From contig OZ024742.1 in assembly GCA_964016885.1 (NCBI GenBank), positions 48,298,001 through 48,362,000 on the forward strand: a stretch of 64,000 nt of DNA, written 5' to 3'. Source of the stretch: Eledone cirrhosa (Eukaryota). Every line of letters starts with the position of its first letter. The stretch's first letter is position 1. The position numbers were made by a program, and so were the translations under genes. Below are positions 58,088 through 64,000 of the stretch, piece by piece. The notes under the pieces were generated by a model that did not search any database, was not told the origin of the DNA, and saw nothing but the letters and a program-made list of their open reading frames with translations.

Positions 58088-60066
58088 AAATATGTAGTTT
58101 AGAAAGCCACAACAATGCAGATGGGAAATCTCGAGGTAGGAAGTGAGTGAGAAATAGGAGAAAAGTGGAAAATGAGACAAAAAGGAAAACAAAACAAAGG
58201 TAGAAGGGTTACCGTAGTGGAGATTTAATCCCAATAGTTCGGGCTCACGCCCATCAACGGGAGGTAAAGTTCCAAAAGGGGGGGAACAGGCTAAGCCGGA
58301 GAAAGTTGTTGTATTGTCGTTAAAACAGGAATGCCGTTATGGGGAAAATTCAAACGAGGGAAAGAATGCGCGTGCGCGTGATAGGCTGTGGCAAATGCTA
58401 CTGACCAATTGGGTTAAGTCAATAGGGTGCGCTAGCGCGTGAAAGCCGTAAAATATGTGTGTGCAAATATATATGTGTGTGTAACTGTGTGTGTATGTGT
58501 GTATGTATGTGAGTGTGTGTGTGTGAAAGATAGTGGGCCGTAAAAGCTGGAATTCAAAGGGTGTGAAAGGTGGTAGGTTGTATAAACATGTGTGCGTGTA
58601 TAAATATAGTTGTGTGTGTGTGTGTGTGTGCGTGTGTATGTGTATGGGTATACATATAAGTGCGTGTGTGTGAAAGATAGTAGGCCGTACGGGCTGTTAC
58701 TGGTCACTATGGTTAGATTAGCCATGTCAGTTCATTTCTCTCAGCCCGGTTGTTAAGTGGGGGTCTGAGGTTCTTAATAACAAGTGCTTCCTTTATCCTT
58801 AAGGATCCGATGCTGCGTTCAGTCGCTAGGACTGTGACCAAGGGTCTGCCCTGTGGGTTTCCGCATTTAAGTATGTGTTTACGGAAGGAAGATGCGTTGG
58901 TGTTGACATGTTCCTTGATACAAACATGTAGGGGTCGGATGGTGCTACCTATGTAAAACTTGTTACATTTATCGTATTGAATCTTATATACGACATAGGT
59001 GCGTAGGCAATCTGCCCCCCCCCCCCCCGTATCGGGCAGTTGGTGAGGGAACACGTCCCATCTGACTCGTCGGGTTTCTTCGGAGCGAAGGTCCTGTGTG
59101 GGCCAAATGTATGTCAAGTCCCTCCCTCCGTATGGCCCTGCGGATGGCGTTCGTGGTATATTCACTCAGGTGAGGGATTTTAAAGAAGCACTTGTATTCA
59201 TCTAAGTTTCTAGTGTGTGTCTGTCTATTGGGTTTGGGGTCTCTAATTCCGTTAATCAGTCGCTTGGGATATCCATTAGACTTGAGTAGATTACGGAATT
59301 GCGTGGTATGGGTGAGACCACCCATCGGGTCGCTGCATCTATTAGTGATCCGTGTAAGTTCATTTAGGACATAGCCTCTCTTAGCGTTGTTGGGGAGGGC
59401 TGAGTTGTAATGTACAAATAAGTCCTTGCACGCTGCCTTGCGGTAGAAGGTGGTGTTTATGTCTCCTTCTTCCGAGATGTTGATACAGCAGTCGAGGAGG
59501 GCGAGTGACCCGTCTTCTTCAGGGTGTCCGATGGTGAAATCGACGTGATAGTCAGTGTCGTTAAAGATTTGGTGAATTTCATTTTTGAATTCCAGCTTTT
59601 ACGGCCCACTATCTTTCACACACACACACTCACATACATACACACATACACATATACACACACAGTTACACACACATATATATTTACACACACATATTTT
59701 ACGGCTTTCACGTGCTCGCGCACCCTATTGATTTAACCCAATTGGTCAGTAGCTTTTGGCACAGCCTATCACGCGCACGCGCATTCTTTCCCTCGTTTGA
59801 ATTTTCCCCATAACGGCATTCCTATGTTTTAACGAGAATACAACAACTTTCTCCGGCTTAGCCTGTTCCCCCCCCCTTTTGGAACTTTCCCCCCGTTGAT
59901 GGGCGTGAGCCCGAAATATTGGGATTAAATCTCCACTACGGTAACCGTTCTACCTTTGTTTTGTTTCCTTTTTGTCTCATTTTCCACTTTTCTCCTATTT
60001 CTCACTCACTTCCTACCTCGAGATTTCCCATCTGCATTGTTGTGGCTTTCTAAACTACATATTTTA
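58085..60066 (-). mobile_element. 5'-truncated Penelope-like element (RT end + GIY-YIG, about 58713-59584, frameshifted) with ~475-bp inverted pLTRs (58085-58558 / 59585-60066), flanked by (TA)n
   Basis: Minus strand: LALLDCCI...FYRKAACKDLFVHYNSALP, LLKSNGYP, VVYKIQ..C.KFYIGSTIRPL...KEH, LRIKEALVIKNLRPPLN. The RC arms read directly. Confidence 0.92.
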
Positions 60067-60129
60067 CATATTTCAAAATGCTTCAAGCAAACTTTAACAC
60101 CATCATATATATATATATATAAATATATG

Positions 60130-60243
<114 letters not shown>

Positions 60244-60385
60244 GATAAGCAGCTTATCTTAAGATTACCTGCTTATCTTAATATTATAGTTCTGGTATGT
60301 CAAATTAATACCATAGAACAACCTTAAATCATAGACAACATATATATTTCCAAGGGTACTTAGTACCCACGGGCATATTAACTTC

Positions 60386-60454
<69 letters not shown>

Positions 60455-60949
60455 CAATGTTTTGCAAATAGAGAATAAGTTTTAAAATAAATTAAACAAA
60501 TTTTATTGCACTTATTGTATTTACCCTTACCGCGCGGTTTCAAGTCTCAAAATAAAGGCTGATCCATGTGGAACACCATTGAGAAGGAGACTTTCGTCAG
60601 AGGGTTCTTCTCACTCGGAGAATATAAAATTCCCGAGTTCAAATCACGGACTGGCGCCATTCAGAACTGTTCCCGGATGAGAGTGTATGATAAAGAAACA
60701 ATCTTGTCTAGTGCCGTGTGTAAATATAGAAGACAAGGGCGTAAGGTCAATGTCCTCCACTAGAAATAGCAGCAGTTTCAACGACCAAAATGTTATCTCG
60801 ACCTTAGGGGAGATTAATAATAATAAAATATGTTTTCCTATTTGCAAAACATGCACATACAGGCACATGTATTGTCCAACCCTATGCCAATGTGGTTCTA
60901 TGGCAGGTTAATAAATTAACGAGCCAGAACATATATAATCAAGGTTTAG

Positions 60950-61830
60950 CAAATAGAGACACATTTTAAAATAAATATTAAAAGGAAAATATTCCCAAAT
61001 GCAAATATGAACTGCAAAAGCAGAAATCTAATTTACTGCATTAAATGCCCGAATTGTGAAGAACTATATGTCGGTCAAACTGGAAATGCACTATCGGAAC
61101 GTGCACGGATACACCGTCAACAAATCAGAGACCCAAATGTCCGTCAGATACCCCTAAGCGGCCACCTGGCAACATGTGGTCAGGGAATATTTATAATATT
61201 CCCATTCTACAAATTACACAGCCCAAGTGAAATCAAGAGAAAAATCAAAGAAAAGAATTTTATTGATAAATTCAAACCCAAGCTAAATGAACAATAATAA
61301 CGCCTAGGGGTATTACTTCTACTACCACTATTACCACGACCACTAACAACAACAACAACAACAATAATAATAATAATAAAAGTGATGTTGATGGTGATGA
61401 TTAATAGAAAATGCTATTTTCATCATTTCAAAAAGCAAAACAATTGATACCTTGGGTATGACTATTGGTCGTTAGCATGCTCAACCAGCCGTGACGCTTA
61501 AACCAATCAGCTGTAGTAATTCAGTGAAACTACACACTGATTGGTCGAAATACAGTTTACAGGGCTTTGTATTCTGGAGCCACTTTTCTCTGTATAAAAT
61601 GTATAAAAGGTAGGAAATTTACCCATCTCATTACAGTTGAAAATTGCAAACTCGACTGTCACCACATATCATGAACCTGAAGATTGCGGAAGCGTGAAAG
61701 TACTTGTTCAATTAACACTTAGAATTTAATATTCTATCATACTATTTCATTATAATACCATTATATATATTTTAAAGGATTGTAAATAAAACGAGTAAAT
61801 CAGACAAAGTTGGAATTCCTCTTATTAATA
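60950..61830 (+). mobile_element. 3' fragment of a Penelope-like element (Neptune-type GIY-YIG, ORF 61007-61297) plus pLTR
   Basis: NLIYCIKCPNCEELYVGQT...LSERARIHRQQI...KEKNFIDKFKPKLN. Confidence 0.9.
61672..61710 (+). ncRNA. Minimal type I hammerhead ribozyme (39 nt)
   Basis: TGAAC-CTGAAGA-TTGC GGAA GCGT-GAAA-GTAC-TT-GTTCA. Perfect 5-bp stem I, GNRA loop II, palindrome AGTACT, CUU triplet. Confidence 0.85.
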
Positions 61831-61902
61831 TATATATATATATATATACATATACATATGTGCGTCCCTGTGTGTGTGTGTTGCAGGTATATAAATATTA
61901 TA

Positions 61903-61969
<67 letters not shown>

Positions 61970-62837
61970 TTATATATGTGAATAGACATATGTATATGTG
62001 TGTTTGTGTCCGTTTGCATGTACTTAACTATCTATAAAATATGAGTGTGGTTGTATGAGTATGAATGTCTATACCTTTATATATTTACTTGTGTATTGGT
62101 GAGGTTGTGCGTCTCTGCACGACTTTCTCTTTCGTCCGTAAGTCATGTTTCATATTATTGATTCAGTTGATCATAATTAATAATCATGGCGTATTTTCAA
62201 ATTCTTTTGAGATTTGAATGAGATAAAATTACGAAAAAATGTTTTTCAAGTATTTTTTTTTATAATTCTGTACACATATTGACAATTTACTTTGCATCAC
62301 ATGAATTATTTCAACATTAATGAAGTTTTAAACAAATTATATCTTGGCCTAGACGATATAATTTTAATTCTGTCTTCGTAAATGTAATTTTATTGAACAC
62401 ATTCTTACGTTAAATACAAACGCTTTGAATATAAACACACAAATCTATAAATACACCAACACATTGCTAATCATTAAAAAACAAAAAAATTAAATTTGAG
62501 CAACAACGAAAATAAAATATATCGTGGATCAGCGACTTAAGAAAATACTTAGCAGAAAGACATAAAATATTTGTATGGAGGAGGAAAGAAGCAACGGTAT
62601 CATGATTAAAAAGTGAAGCATTCAGAAACTTTCCCAGTGATATTTTCTACCGGGTGAGAATCACACCCTCCAAACAAATATATTCACATGTCTTGACTGT
62701 CGGGGAAAAACCTGCACAACAAAAATGAAGAAGGTTAGTCGAGAAAGTATCAAGTGTAGGAGAAAGACTACGGTCATAATCGAATACGATGTACATCAAG
62801 CATTTATGTCTACACACACATATATATATATTTATAT

Positions 62838-62927
<90 letters not shown>

Positions 62928-62931
<4 letters not shown>

Positions 62932-63560
62932 ATAATAATAAATTTGAAGACTAAAATCCAAAGAGGGCTCGATAAGGATAAATATATATAAAATATATAA
63001 GAAACGTAGAGCAAATATTTATTAAAATAACAGATTAAAGTTTAAGCAAAGAACCGCTGCTTTCACCCTTACCTAACAAAGTCAATCTGTAAACGCAGAA
63101 GTGGATATTTCAAAAAACGTTGCTACCGGAGGAAGACAGGAAGACGATACTTTGGTTCGTGGCAACGTTCGCTGGCAAAGAACGGGAAAAAAACGAATAT
63201 TATACGTCATTAATAGGAGCGGTGAAAAACAATTACGCGCAAAGACAGAACCACGTTTATGGTATAAAAGAGGTCGTAGACTAATGTTCACCTAGGTGGT
63301 TCATAGAGACGTTCTCTGGCAATGAACGAAAAAAACGAAGACAATACGTCATGTGTGGAGCGAGGAGAAAAATAGCACGCAAAGACAAAACCACGTAAAT
63401 GGTATATCAGAAGTCGTAAACTAAAATTCTAACTAGGAGACCGAATAAATCTCCGCTACAGAGTTAAGAACAAAGTAAATAAATACAATACAGAAGTAAT
63501 AGAAATAACTAAGTACATACACGCAAACAAATACGTACATACACAAGCATACGCAAAACA
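62928..63560. repeat. Copy of the 37745-38610 repeat family
   Basis: Matches 37745-38200 and the RC of 38523-38610; deletion across the hammerhead-like motif near 63070. Confidence 0.85.
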
Positions 63561-64000
63561 CAAAAATATAAATATGTGTGTGTGTGTGTGTATGCGTGTA
63601 TACAAATAAATAAATAATTATATAAACGTATATAAATAAATAAATACGTATATAACAAGCGCACACACATACCTATATGTAAATACACGAAAGTTCGGAG
63701 ACGGAAGTCAACCAAAACATGAAGTACACATATACACACACCCTACATACGTACGAACCTGCATACTCACACAGACGCAAAACTCCCGTATACACATAGC
63801 CAAACCATATGTACCAGAATATATTAAATTATACGCCATAACATAAACAATCAAATATACGTACGAGAAGGTATACGTACCTTCACAAAACATACGGCTA
63901 ATATATACTTACCTATGCAAATAAGTAATGGTATAAACAAAACATATACTTAGCTCCCACATCAAGACGTAAAATATCCACGTATAGATCGTACTATCCG

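Overview
AT-rich eukaryotic, repeat-saturated DNA with no recognisable host gene. The SINE families and the (TA)n/(CA)n load suggest a mollusc, probably an octopus; that is inference, not a database match. Almost all listed ORFs are microsatellite artefacts (YI/TH/CV runs). The real content is mobile elements. There are at least six Penelope-like element (PLE; RT + GIY-YIG) copies: one nearly intact (22484-24885, one frameshift), the rest 5'-truncated, often with inverted pseudo-LTRs, bordered by (TA)n tracts and nested inside one another. There are also RTE and CR1-type LINE remnants and tRNA-derived SINEs. The main result from reading by eye is a dense set of type I hammerhead ribozyme (HHR) motifs: about 18 copies from roughly 9 unrelated sequence families, plus a few weaker candidates, most with a palindromic minimal stem III. 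Two families sit in non-coding tandem arrays with one ribozyme per unit. One is a ~445-bp repeat (4346-6717, with a divergent relative at 57.2-58.0 kb). The other is a 591-bp repeat (17811-19403) whose core carries a compensatory U3-A8 pair. These look like retrozyme-type self-cleaving, possibly circular-RNA elements that could be mobilised by neighbouring PLEs. All folds were paired by hand, coordinates are accurate to a few bases, and no activity is demonstrated.
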